A stretch of 64,000 bases of DNA from a virus. Taxonomy: Duplodnaviria; Caudoviricetes. This document shows positions 19,939 through 29,922 of this stretch, one piece after another. The DNA is taken from IMG/VR virus record IMGVR_UViG_3300032243_001145, positions 51,320 to 115,319 of that record. One strand, 5' to 3'. The position numbers and the translations under genes are program-made. The first letter of the stretch is position 1, and the number at the start of each line of letters is the position of its first letter. The notes beneath the pieces were generated by a model. That model saw only the letters and a program-made list of their open reading frames with translations. It was not told where the DNA came from and ran no database searches.

Positions 19939-21267
19939 TTAGTTAAAGATTTCATTTACGGAACCGAGGAAAGCTCCAGACCATTTTGATTTTGATTTGG
20001 TAAATACCTCAGACCCGCCAAGGTCAGAGGACTTCTTAATTGCGGTATCGCCTTCTACGGCATCAACCTGCTTTTGAACACCTTCAATGGTGCCCTTTAT
20101 TTCTGTCACAGCGGCACTAAGTGCGCTGTGCTTTTCTGCCAACTCAGAAATTCTATCATCTACGCTTTTGCTGAAAGCTTCAACAGATGTTTTAATCTCT
20201 GTGACCTGTGCAGCATTTGCTTCTGTAGCCTTTGTGAGTGTCTCTGCGAAAAAGCCTTTTAGATCGCCTAACATCTTTGCAAAATCAGGTTCATCAACCA
20301 TGACCTCAGCATTATCGAGTTCGGCTGCTTTTTCAACGGAGTTGGCAGGAGCTGTATCTTCTGTTGTCTCTTCAACAATTGCATCTTCTGCAGCTGGTGT
20401 TTCTACAACATCGACAGACTTTTCAATAGTTGTTTCTGCTTCTACAGCTTCTACAACTACATCATTTGTTACGTCTGACATCTCATTACCTCCTTCTACG
20501 TTTGCCTGTTTTGCTAATTGTGTTTCAGGCAACGGTAATCTTGACTTCTTGAATGAAGCAAGAATTTTATCTATTTCTTTTGACTTGTTAATGTCTGAGC
20601 TTTCTACCCAACCGATTAGCGCAGCTGGTTTTCCAGATATTGGTGAATCAAAAGTTTTTTCTGTAGACATAAACACTGAGTCGCTGTCTTCGCAATAAAA
20701 AATATTTTCTGTTACTACATTTGTAGCAAGGCCTTTATATACCATCTTTCCATTAACTTTCTCAATTGAAAAAATGTTACATAGCTCGTTTGCTGGTGAA
20801 TCGACAATTGAAAGTTCAACAAGGTCATAATCCTTGATAAATCTTACTGCCTCTCCTGTTGCTTTGTTAACTTCATTATCAGACTCTTTAATTTTTCCGC
20901 CAATTGAAAAACCAGAAAGAGTACCGTCAAGAACTTTTTCCCAAGTATCTTGTGCACCTTTTGAAATGTATGAAGTTACATAAACTCCATTGTAAAAAGT
21001 TTGAGATTTTTGATCGTAGTATGTTTCTGGTTTAAATGAAACAACCTTACCAACTGCAATTGACTGATGCATCTCACGAAGGTTGCCTCTAAAGTTTTCA
21101 AAAGCTTTTATGCTTGCTTCTGCTGTGACAACATCTCCTGTCTGGTCAACATTATCTAATGTTGCAAAACCAGATACAGTTCTATTTTCTCGATTGACCT
21201 TAGTAAACGGAATCGACAAATGTAAGTTGTCGCCATTACTAGACCAATGGCCTTTTTCAATGTTCAT
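19939..21267 (-). CDS. Prohead protease fused to acidic/coiled-coil scaffold
   Basis: HK97-type protease motifs (LREMH, GFSIGG, ELSIVDSPAN); C-terminal half acidic and coiled-coil. Confidence 0.88.
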   Translation of the reverse strand: MNIEKGHWSSNGDNLHLSIPFTKVNRENRTVSGFATLDNVDQTGDVVTAEASIKAFENFRGNLREMHQSIAVGKVVSFKPETYYDQKSQTFYNGVYVTSYISKGAQDTWEKVLDGTLSGFSIGGKIKESDNEVNKATGEAVRFIKDYDLVELSIVDSPANELCNIFSIEKVNGKMVYKGLATNVVTENIFYCEDSDSVFMSTEKTFDSPISGKPAALIGWVESSDINKSKEIDKILASFKKSRLPLPETQLAKQANVEGGNEMSDVTNDVVVEAVEAETTIEKSVDVVETPAAEDAIVEETTEDTAPANSVEKAAELDNAEVMVDEPDFAKMLGDLKGFFAETLTKATEANAAQVTEIKTSVEAFSKSVDDRISELAEKHSALSAAVTEIKGTIEGVQKQVDAVEGDTAIKKSSDLGGSEVFTKSKSKWSGAFLGSVNEIFN

Positions 21268-21320
21268 ATGGTTAATTTTAGTGGTTTATCTACTATAACG
21301 CAAATAACAGTTGATTAAAC

Positions 21321-22910
21321 TTATTTGACTTTTGGACCGTCGCCCTTGGGGTTTCTGGCTTCTCCGCTTTTATCTGGAGCATTTGCGGACCTTTGTTGGT
21401 CTCGCTTTTTATTACCAGTTGACTTTGCTTTTTGATCGGCTACTTGCTGAGGCTTTAAATCCACCATTTCGTCTCCGCCCTCAACAGTTGTCATATTCTT
21501 TCTAAGACGAACTTCATTAGGGGTAATGACCTGCATTCTCAAATAAATTTCATCAATACGGCTTTGAGTTTCTTCATCAGTAAGACTTAATTCATTAAAC
21601 TTTAATTGCACAACATCTGTTTTTTCTGAAATCAAATAATTTAATTTCTTTTCAAGTCTATCTTGTGACGGACGGCAAACCTGTTCTTTAAATGTTTTAT
21701 CGGCATCTCTGGCTGCAGCAAGGTTGATTCCTTCTGGAATACCAATTTTGCTAATTGGAACACGGTGAGCCAAAAGAATTTCATCTCTATTAGACTTACG
21801 ATAGATATTAAATGAAGACTCTTGTTCGCCTGCTTCAATCGGCTCCATTTTAAATTCAGTTTTTGAGTCTGGCGTATCAGCTGGAAGTGGGATATATAGA
21901 GATCTGTGATTTTTTCCCTTTAGTCCAACCTGAAAAAATTCAAGAAGTTTTCTTTCTGACTCTGGTGAAAGTTTTGCTCCTTTTACTGTAATTATATATC
22001 TTGGGACTGCTTTATTTTCAAAGTAGTCTAAGTTATATCTACCAGCAAATTCATTTCCTGCCAGCGCTTGCTGTGCTGCAATAATATCTGGTACTCCGTA
22101 GTAGTTATTCATTGGAGTGTATTTTTTTAAATGAATAATCTCATTTGGTCTATCTTCTTGACCAGCAATTGGACTTGGAGTTTCAAGATCACCAAAGTTA
22201 CGGAAGTAAACTGCTTTTCCATAAAGTAGTTGAATAAATCCGTCACGTAATCTACGTACACGCATCGTTTTAGCTGGTATATGGCCTATATAGCCTATAT
22301 CTCCAGCAGTAGTACGTCCTATCTCTATGTACCCATTTCCAGTCGCCTCAAGGTCTGTGTAGGCCTTTATAAGGGTCTCTGTAAATGATTCTTCTTCATT
22401 ACAATCATCTAGCCATTTGTCTAGCTGAGTTTTAATTCTATCAATTTTTGAACGAGCTCTATCTGCTTGCTTTTGATCAGTTATAGCATCCATTGCATCT
22501 TTTGCTTTAGATGTTTCTGTAAACATATATCCTAGGCCAACAATATTTGAAACCTTAGCATTGATGGCTGCATAGTTATAAGTAGAGACTTCATAAATTT
22601 TTGAAAGGTATTCTAAATTATATGTTGGCTCTACAAGATCAAATAATGCATATCCGCTAATTGCTTGCTGAAGCAGATTCTGTTGTGTGCCTACGCCAGA
22701 TGTTCCAACAAATGCTTTTGAAAAATCACGATTAATTTTACGTTTAAAATTTGTTCCAAGGCCTCTTAATTTTTTAATTTCTTCTAGGCCTATTTTAAAT
22801 GGATCTTCTGATTCTTCTGCTTTTTGAAAATGAAACCAGTCAGATGTATTTGAAATATCTATTGTATTTGATGAATTGTCATCGTCTAAAAATTCTATGT
22901 TGCGTGTCAT
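21321..22910 (-). CDS. Portal protein
   Basis: 'DLEATGNGYIEI', 'YYGVPDI', 'ITPNEVR' portal motifs; upstream of the protease. Confidence 0.92.
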   Translation of the reverse strand: MTRNIEFLDDDNSSNTIDISNTSDWFHFQKAEESEDPFKIGLEEIKKLRGLGTNFKRKINRDFSKAFVGTSGVGTQQNLLQQAISGYALFDLVEPTYNLEYLSKIYEVSTYNYAAINAKVSNIVGLGYMFTETSKAKDAMDAITDQKQADRARSKIDRIKTQLDKWLDDCNEEESFTETLIKAYTDLEATGNGYIEIGRTTAGDIGYIGHIPAKTMRVRRLRDGFIQLLYGKAVYFRNFGDLETPSPIAGQEDRPNEIIHLKKYTPMNNYYGVPDIIAAQQALAGNEFAGRYNLDYFENKAVPRYIITVKGAKLSPESERKLLEFFQVGLKGKNHRSLYIPLPADTPDSKTEFKMEPIEAGEQESSFNIYRKSNRDEILLAHRVPISKIGIPEGINLAAARDADKTFKEQVCRPSQDRLEKKLNYLISEKTDVVQLKFNELSLTDEETQSRIDEIYLRMQVITPNEVRLRKNMTTVEGGDEMVDLKPQQVADQKAKSTGNKKRDQQRSANAPDKSGEARNPKGDGPKVK

Positions 22911-23245
22911 TGTACTTTACCGCCTCTTAGTACAGAGTCTTTATAGACTCCGATATCGTATGGGTCTGGTGGAAGTCCCCATTTAAGTCGTTGTTCTTGT
23001 TCTGCAAGCTCTTCGTCATTAATCTTTCTGCGCCCAGATAAAAATTTGGGTTCACCCTCATAAATACCATATGAGCGAACTTCTCTAGCCAAAGCATTGA
23101 TTCTGGATTTATTGCCTTTGATTGACGTGATCGAAAGAAAATTCCCATCGTCATCTCCAATCCATCTGCCGTCTGGCATCATCCATACGTATATGCCTAG
23201 GGTTGTCTCTTCAACAATCTTAGTATTTTTATTTAAGATATCCAT
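22907..23245 (-). CDS. Hypothetical protein
   Basis: ORF with ATGA overlap to the portal; extended -10 just upstream of the MDIL start. Confidence 0.6.
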   Translation of the reverse strand: MDILNKNTKIVEETTLGIYVWMMPDGRWIGDDDGNFLSITSIKGNKSRINALAREVRSYGIYEGEPKFLSGRRKINDEELAEQEQRLKWGLPPDPYDIGVYKDSVLRGGKVQ

Positions 23246-23307
23246 AGACCACAATCATACCATTATCTAGCACTAAAGTCCAGATCTATGCCAAACAATT
23301 ACATAAT

Positions 23308-25116
23308 TTATATGCTTATTGACAAGGGCTCTACAGAAGTAATAGTAAATGATGTAAAATCATTACCAGTTGTTGTCTCAGATATTGTCATTTGGGTGTC
23401 AGCAATTGTTTTTACCATATTCCCTGTATATAGAAGGTAGTGTTGAGCTATCTGGGTTACAGAAAGATTGTCTTCGTATATGGCTAGGTTATTATACATA
23501 TTGCCTACTCCAGACTTTGAGTCAGTCTGATTTTGATTAAACTTGATATTAGTCGCCCCAGATGTAAAATTAATAACAACATGATGTGGCAACCCTACTG
23601 CCATAAAATCAAATACATTTGTTTCGGATGTCCTGTTTATACCATTTACGTATATTGAAGAAACTGCTGTTTTTGATATAGCGCCGTTTGAAGACCATTC
23701 ATATATCTTTGATGCCGCTGAGACAAGTACATTTTCAGCTGACTCTGGGGTAAATATCATCTCCACTGCTTTAATATTTGGCACACCATTTAAACTAAAT
23801 CCGTGGCCATTGTACATTCTTAGACCATTATTTTTATTATATGACAAAATTTTACTATTATTTTTTGGCAAAGAATAATCAAAAGATGAGGATAAGTAGT
23901 ACCCAGAATTATCGCTATAAAAGTTTTTAGATCCATAGAATAATATTTCAATGTTTCTTAATTTTAGGTCATACTTACTTGTGTCATATGAAGACATGGT
24001 CACCCTTATATACAGGATGCTTGAGACTTGATTATCATTTTTATTATAATATGGGAGCGGGCTTCCATTTTTACATTCACGCCAACCATTAATTCCATTT
24101 AGACTTACTGCTACTTTTATTCCAGATAAGTCGTCGTTCCAATATATTTGGCTTGTAGATATACTAGAATAGTTTGGAACAGTAAAAGAATCTATAAATG
24201 AATACTCTGCGATTGCAGATTCAGTTGTTTTTGGAAAATACAAATAAGATCCGTCTTGTGATATAGATATTCCATCTTTTGCTACATCTGTCCAAGATTT
24301 AGATTGAGGGTAAGCAAATCTAAATTTATGTTGAATTGGGCTAGAGTTCATGCTAAACATATATCCGCCATCTACATTTACTATTTGAGATGAATTTATT
24401 TCTTTTATGCCTTCTAAATAATGAGCTCTAATTTGATTTTCGGAAAGTCTAAATTTATAAAATGCAACACAGTCTATGACAAATTTTCCATTTGCGGAAC
24501 CTGTTTTAAAATCAAGTGATGAGTTTGAAAACTGATAGTTACCTATGTTTGAAGATTCTACAAGTGCTCCGTTGATGTAAAGAGATATTGATGTTCCTTC
24601 AAATATACCGACTAGATGAAATGATTGTGAGTTAGATACGCTGTATTCTATTTCATTGCCGCCTACTTTAAAAACAATATTTCCATTTTTATAAAAAAGA
24701 CCAGTATTAATTTCTGTATCTCCGACTATTGTTATATCAATTTGTGTAGGAGGCAAAACACACCAAGATTCAATTGTAAAAGAATCATCTTTATTGTATT
24801 GATTTGCAATACCCTGCGGTACGTAGTGAATTTCTGTATCTGACAGTATCTGTGTGCCTCGTATACCTCCAGATATTAAAGGCATTAATTCTTTATTAGA
24901 TGTATTTACAGCATATCCATCATTAACGTTACCAGAGTAATCGTACACTGGAAGTCCGCTGAGTGCTGAGTAGGTTAGGCCGCTGTCTTTTAAATCTTGA
25001 TAGGTTGCAAATTGAGACACTATTCCAGAATATGATCCAACGCTTCCAGATCTAACTTCATCTAACAAATAAAATGATGTTGGATGGTCATTTAAGACTA
25101 CGTTTTTATATGACAT
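23308..25116 (-). CDS. Virion protein with LamG/concanavalin A-like domain
   Basis: 'SFTIESW...HLVGIF...LYINGALV...IDCVAFY..LSENQIRAHY' LamG signature. Confidence 0.75.
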   Translation of the reverse strand: MSYKNVVLNDHPTSFYLLDEVRSGSVGSYSGIVSQFATYQDLKDSGLTYSALSGLPVYDYSGNVNDGYAVNTSNKELMPLISGGIRGTQILSDTEIHYVPQGIANQYNKDDSFTIESWCVLPPTQIDITIVGDTEINTGLFYKNGNIVFKVGGNEIEYSVSNSQSFHLVGIFEGTSISLYINGALVESSNIGNYQFSNSSLDFKTGSANGKFVIDCVAFYKFRLSENQIRAHYLEGIKEINSSQIVNVDGGYMFSMNSSPIQHKFRFAYPQSKSWTDVAKDGISISQDGSYLYFPKTTESAIAEYSFIDSFTVPNYSSISTSQIYWNDDLSGIKVAVSLNGINGWRECKNGSPLPYYNKNDNQVSSILYIRVTMSSYDTSKYDLKLRNIEILFYGSKNFYSDNSGYYLSSSFDYSLPKNNSKILSYNKNNGLRMYNGHGFSLNGVPNIKAVEMIFTPESAENVLVSAASKIYEWSSNGAISKTAVSSIYVNGINRTSETNVFDFMAVGLPHHVVINFTSGATNIKFNQNQTDSKSGVGNMYNNLAIYEDNLSVTQIAQHYLLYTGNMVKTIADTQMTISETTTGNDFTSFTITSVEPLSISI

Positions 25117-25123
25117 CCAGGAC

Positions 25124-26245
25124 CTACTGCTCTTCTAGTATTTTTACTCTTGCTGTAAGCTCTTGTACCGCTTTAATTAATGGAGAAATAAACTCTTCGT
25201 ATCTCAATGCCTGTTGACCCTCTGGGTCAGCGACATCTGATATTACCCATCCGCCAAAGTCTGCTACTCCAGCAGCATCTAATACTGATTTAACTTCTTG
25301 TGCAATTAAGCCATAATGCGTTCTGCTTCCATCTATCTTATTATACTTAACAGGATTAAGGTTATTTATAAAATCTAAACCAAGGTCTGATGTTATTATG
25401 TTTTCTTTTGTTCTTGCATCAGATATCACTGTGGCTGCGGAATTTAAATATATGTTTTTCCAGCCTCTTGTTGTGCGCTGGTCTCCAGGTGGATTCAATG
25501 GGCCCATTAGACCTAACGAATAAAGATTTGTGGTTAAAGGAAACCAGTTTGAATTTACTCCTATTGTGGAAATATCTGTTGCTGAGTAATTTAATGAAAT
25601 TCTTGTAGCAATAGGATCTATGTTTGCATTTGTTCCAGCTGGTCCTGCTGGTCCAGTTGCTCCCGCTGCACCGTCAGCACCACGGGGTATTGTAAAGTTT
25701 AAAACTACATTACTTGATGTTCCAGTATTTGTAACAATAGCGTTTGTTCCTGCTGCACCTGTAGTTACTGGGCTAGCAATAGTAATTGTTGCTGCTGCAT
25801 CACCTTTTGGACCAGTTGCTCCAGTTGCTCCAGTTGCTCCAGTTGCTCCTACTGGTATAACAAAATTTATTGTTTGTGATGGAGATGTCCCAGTAATAGA
25901 AACTTGTGGTTGTGTTCCTGGGGCTCCAGCGGTTACTGTTCCAGGAGTTAATACATTAGCTGGGCCTGGGCCACCTAAAACTCCATCAGCACCTCTTGGG
26001 ATATTAAAAGTTAAATGTTGCGTTGGCGCTGCACCACTAATATACACAGAAGCTTGCTCTCCCGCAGAAATCGTATTAGTTGCAATTACATCCAAGGCAT
26101 TAGCAGGACCTGAAGGCCCTTGTGGGCCTGGATGTGCAGCAATATATGCAGCAATATCATTTCCAAGAATACCAAGATCTCTAGGAACGTCGGGTGAGTC
26201 CGTGTAAGTTGGAAAGTGCCATCCATTAACGCCTGTAGTTGCCAT
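25124..26245 (-). CDS. Collagen-like tail fibre with C-terminal intramolecular chaperone (peptidase S74)
   Basis: Gly-X-Y repeats; 'SDARTKENI...LNPVKY...GLIAQEV...LIKAVQEL'. Confidence 0.85.
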   Translation of the reverse strand: MATTGVNGWHFPTYTDSPDVPRDLGILGNDIAAYIAAHPGPQGPSGPANALDVIATNTISAGEQASVYISGAAPTQHLTFNIPRGADGVLGGPGPANVLTPGTVTAGAPGTQPQVSITGTSPSQTINFVIPVGATGATGATGATGPKGDAAATITIASPVTTGAAGTNAIVTNTGTSSNVVLNFTIPRGADGAAGATGPAGPAGTNANIDPIATRISLNYSATDISTIGVNSNWFPLTTNLYSLGLMGPLNPPGDQRTTRGWKNIYLNSAATVISDARTKENIITSDLGLDFINNLNPVKYNKIDGSRTHYGLIAQEVKSVLDAAGVADFGGWVISDVADPEGQQALRYEEFISPLIKAVQELTARVKILEEQ

Positions 26246-26262
26246 TTTTTAATTATACCATC

Positions 26263-26922
26263 TTACTTTTTATATACTGAAATTGGAGACATAAACCTGG
26301 AACCACTTTTAATATTAGATACTCCATGTTTATAGGGTTCTACTGAAGGGAACATTATAAGGCTGCCAGCTTTTGGCTTTAAGTCTATTCCATGTCCAGG
26401 AAAATATATTTCTCCACCTTCATAATCATCATTTAGATATGTAACAATAGAAAATGAAAGTCCTTTATGTCCGTCTTGATTATCACAATGTGGTCCCATA
26501 CCTTCACCAATATTCCATTTTCTAATTGGAATCATATTAAGGTCTAGATCGTAATCGTCTTTATTTAATCCATGACCATCCATATATTTTACAAAACACA
26601 TTTCTGTAGCCATAATAAAGCTATTTGATATATATTTAATTTTTTGATCTAGTCTTTCATCACCAGATGTTTGTGATAGATTTGAAGTTTTTATAATTTT
26701 ACTTGATCCATAAATATGATCGTTTTTATTACTGGATATCCAGTCTTCCCATTTAGTTATTGATCCATGAGATTTTTCTAATAAATCAACCTCATTAATA
26801 AAATTAAGAAGCTCTTCTGGATAACTTAAAACATTTTCAAAATACCAAATATTATTTTCTAAAACCGTTAAATCAAACATGTGATACATTTTTTGTGCCA
26901 TTTCATCTTGGCTACTAATCAT
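26263..26922 (-). CDS. Fe(II)/2OG dioxygenase (prolyl-4-hydroxylase-like)
   Basis: HCD...YLNDDYEGGE...HGV...R facial triad and 2OG-binding Arg. Confidence 0.88.
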   Translation of the reverse strand: MISSQDEMAQKMYHMFDLTVLENNIWYFENVLSYPEELLNFINEVDLLEKSHGSITKWEDWISSNKNDHIYGSSKIIKTSNLSQTSGDERLDQKIKYISNSFIMATEMCFVKYMDGHGLNKDDYDLDLNMIPIRKWNIGEGMGPHCDNQDGHKGLSFSIVTYLNDDYEGGEIYFPGHGIDLKPKAGSLIMFPSVEPYKHGVSNIKSGSRFMSPISVYKK

Positions 26923-27676
26923 TTTTTTTAACCTCTTTTACTGGAATTTTTTCTCCAGTTGGAGTTAGAACTAAACCTTTTTCTCTAACCTCTTCCCAAA
27001 CTTTTTGTTCTTCTTTTTGATAAGCTCTTACTCCTGCAAGTTCTTTTGCCCACTGGTCTCTAATCTCTTGTGGATAATCAGACTCTTCTCTATCATCCCA
27101 AAATGATCCCAAAGTATATCTTTCTTTTTCTTTTACAACTGTAACTTCGTGCATATTTTTATGTCCACCATGAAATATTAAAAATGATCCTGATTTTGGA
27201 GTAATTTCCATTGGGTCTTTACCGTCTTGAAAGTAAAACTTTAAAGTGCCACCTTCAAAATCATCATTTAAATACAAAAATCCTGCGTATCTACTTCTAG
27301 TAAATGCTCCCATTTTGCCTTCGTTATCGCTATTGTCAGAATGCTTTGGAGCAAATGCTCCTGGTAACCACCTTTGACTATGAAAACTTATTTTTGACAT
27401 TTTTTCTACAGGCTGACCTGCAACTTCAGCGGCAGCTTTTTTAAATCTTTCTTGAGTGTCTGTAAACCAAGTTGAGCTTAAGCCTACTTCTGATAATATA
27501 GGATCGTTGTCTGGTGGGTACATAGCTGAGTATGATTCATAAAAAGAAATGCCTTTCCAGTAACCAGGATCAGCTTCTTCAAATTTTTTAAAAATTTTAA
27601 TTACTGCATCACATTCTTCTTTTGTAATAAAATTATCATATTGAAAAATGTCTTCTGTTAGCTTAGTAAGTTTCAT
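26915..27676 (-). CDS. Fe(II)/2OG dioxygenase (P4H-like)
   Basis: HSD...YLNDDFEGG...HEV...RY; start likely MKLTKL. Confidence 0.88.
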   Translation of the reverse strand: MKLTKLTEDIFQYDNFITKEECDAVIKIFKKFEEADPGYWKGISFYESYSAMYPPDNDPILSEVGLSSTWFTDTQERFKKAAAEVAGQPVEKMSKISFHSQRWLPGAFAPKHSDNSDNEGKMGAFTRSRYAGFLYLNDDFEGGTLKFYFQDGKDPMEITPKSGSFLIFHGGHKNMHEVTVVKEKERYTLGSFWDDREESDYPQEIRDQWAKELAGVRAYQKEEQKVWEEVREKGLVLTPTGEKIPVKEVKKND

Positions 27677-28496
27677 TTTTGTTCTTTTCTTTTGATAAAA
27701 TTTCTTTATATTCTTCATATTCTACTGGCTTGCCATCTTTTAAATAACGCATATTTCTTGGATCATCATAATCAATTCTTTCTGATTCCATCTTTGCCCA
27801 TCTATATGCTCCCCATTTTAATTGATTGTCTAGCCATTCTTTTGTTCCAGGAAAAGTGTGCATAATAAAATTTCTTACAAAAAACTTTTCTCCATTATGA
27901 ATTGTCTTTACACCGTGATAATATGGCTCTATTGATGGGAAAACAACAATATCTCCTGCTTCTGGCTTATGATTTGTAAGAACTCCATCTACATAAAATT
28001 CAATATCTCCGCCATCATAATCATCATTTATATACATTGTGCATGTTATAAAAAACTTTTCTCCTGGAGCATCTTTTTGTGATGTGATGTGATCTGTGTG
28101 ATACTGCATTGTCATGTTATTGCTTAATACATCAACCTGATCAAAATATTTTGAAAAAGAACATCCACTAAATCTCCATCCTTCTGGCAATTCAACATTT
28201 GTTTTTTCAACATAATCCATGATTACTGCATTGTAGGCTTCTTGAATTTCATCATAAAAAGCTTTTTCTTTTATATACATATCTTGAGATTTATCAATTT
28301 GCTCAGTCTCTCTATCGTCTTTTATTTGACTGTAAGTTCCAAAGTGTGCCCACTGGTCCCATTTTTTTAAAAAATATTTTCCTTCAGAAGTTTTTTCAGA
28401 CTCTTTCATAACTTCATAAAGATTTTTTACATCTTTTAAAACATTTTTGTAAACAAAAACTTTAGGGTAGATTTCATTATATTCTAAATTATTCAT
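27663..28496 (-). CDS. Fe(II)/2OG dioxygenase (P4H-like)
   Basis: HTD...YINDDYDGG...HGV; start likely MNNLEY. Confidence 0.88.
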   Translation of the reverse strand: MNNLEYNEIYPKVFVYKNVLKDVKNLYEVMKESEKTSEGKYFLKKWDQWAHFGTYSQIKDDRETEQIDKSQDMYIKEKAFYDEIQEAYNAVIMDYVEKTNVELPEGWRFSGCSFSKYFDQVDVLSNNMTMQYHTDHITSQKDAPGEKFFITCTMYINDDYDGGDIEFYVDGVLTNHKPEAGDIVVFPSIEPYYHGVKTIHNGEKFFVRNFIMHTFPGTKEWLDNQLKWGAYRWAKMESERIDYDDPRNMRYLKDGKPVEYEEYKEILSKEKNKNETY

Positions 28497-29170
28497 GGTT
28501 GTTTTTCTCCTGTGTGCTTCATTATTGTCCAAAAAAATGGTGATGTAAATCTATTTCCAGATCTTACTGGTCTTACCCCGTGAGTGTAAAATCTATCCCC
28601 TGGGAAAAAATAAGCTGCGCCAGCTTTTGGTTTAAACTCTATTCCATGTTGTGGAAAATAAAGCTCCCCACCTTCATAGTCATCGTTAAAATAAAAAAGT
28701 CCTGCTATGTCGTAGTGTGGGAAATCGTTTGGCCTACCTTTTTCAATTCCAGTATGAAATTCTTTGTCGGCATGTGGTTCTTGTCTTGCTCCAACAGGCC
28801 ATCTAACAATTGCTGGACCAGTCTCTCTAACATCAACATTAAAAAATTTATCAACTTCTATTTTTAATCTTGCAATCATATTGTTAATTAAATCTAATAT
28901 TGTTGGATCCGACGCCATAAGAGATTTATATGTGCAGACTCTGTCTTTCCAAACATCTGCATCGTATAAAACTAATCCGTCTTCATCTACATGAGTCTCT
29001 GTTTTGTCCCATATTTTATTATTTAAAGCAAAATCCATTAATCTTTTTCTTTCATCAATACTAAGAAAATTTTCTAGCTCAACAATATTTTCTGAGGATG
29101 ATCCAAAAAAACCCGAAGGAGTCATTGATTTGGGTATGTGCATATGTAAATCTTTATTAACTATTTCCAT
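28493..29170 (-). CDS. Fe(II)/2OG dioxygenase (P4H-like)
   Basis: HAD...YFNDDYEGGE...HGV...RF. Confidence 0.9.
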   Translation of the reverse strand: MEIVNKDLHMHIPKSMTPSGFFGSSSENIVELENFLSIDERKRLMDFALNNKIWDKTETHVDEDGLVLYDADVWKDRVCTYKSLMASDPTILDLINNMIARLKIEVDKFFNVDVRETGPAIVRWPVGARQEPHADKEFHTGIEKGRPNDFPHYDIAGLFYFNDDYEGGELYFPQHGIEFKPKAGAAYFFPGDRFYTHGVRPVRSGNRFTSPFFWTIMKHTGEKQP

Positions 29171-29226
29171 TTTTTCTCTTTTCGGTATTGTGTTTTGCTT
29201 TTGGTATACTTAATTTTACCATATAA

Positions 29227-29922
29227 TTAATTAATTTCCTGTATTTCAAATTTAAAGCTATTAATCTCATGTTTTCCTATTTTATTTCCTTCGTGATCTA
29301 TTGCTTTTTTGTACCAATCTGAGGTTCTAGAATTAATCCTGCCATACTCTGTCATTGCCTCTACATAATCAAACCCGTGTATTACATCCGTAGGAGGAGT
29401 ATCATTAATAATTGCCGTTGAGTTATTAATTTGAGATAAAGATATTGGAACAATTGCTGCAACTGGTGTGCCAGCTTTTATTGTTATAACTTTATTTGGA
29501 GATGTCACTTTCCAAACAATATGTAAAGCACCAGTATAAAATGAAGTAGAAATTATTGATGTAAAACATTGTGCTCCATCTACAAATTGATTTGGAACTG
29601 GAATAGATAGGAGGCTAAGATTTTCATTTGTTTTAAAAACTAAATTTGTTGGAAAGCCTATAACTCCTCCGCCTCTTTCAAAATAACAATGTTCTTTTCC
29701 AGACAAAACTTCAATATCTCCATCATGGCCTTCTGTTGATTTGCCTTTCCAAATAAAAGAAATATCAACTGGAAAGGATATACCAAAACCCATTTTATTT
29801 GGAAGTGTTATTGGAAAACAGTTATATGCATATTTATTTTCATGCATCCATTCTCTATTGGATTCAAGTGGTGACAGTATTGTTTTTGGACCTTCTGTTT
29901 TATAAACATAAACTTTATTCAT
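29227..29922 (-). CDS. DUF6065-like protein
   Basis: 'REWM...AYNCFPITLPNKMGFGI' N-terminus; paralog of the adjacent gene. Confidence 0.65.
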   Translation of the reverse strand: MNKVYVYKTEGPKTILSPLESNREWMHENKYAYNCFPITLPNKMGFGISFPVDISFIWKGKSTEGHDGDIEVLSGKEHCYFERGGGVIGFPTNLVFKTNENLSLLSIPVPNQFVDGAQCFTSIISTSFYTGALHIVWKVTSPNKVITIKAGTPVAAIVPISLSQINNSTAIINDTPPTDVIHGFDYVEAMTEYGRINSRTSDWYKKAIDHEGNKIGKHEINSFKFEIQEIN

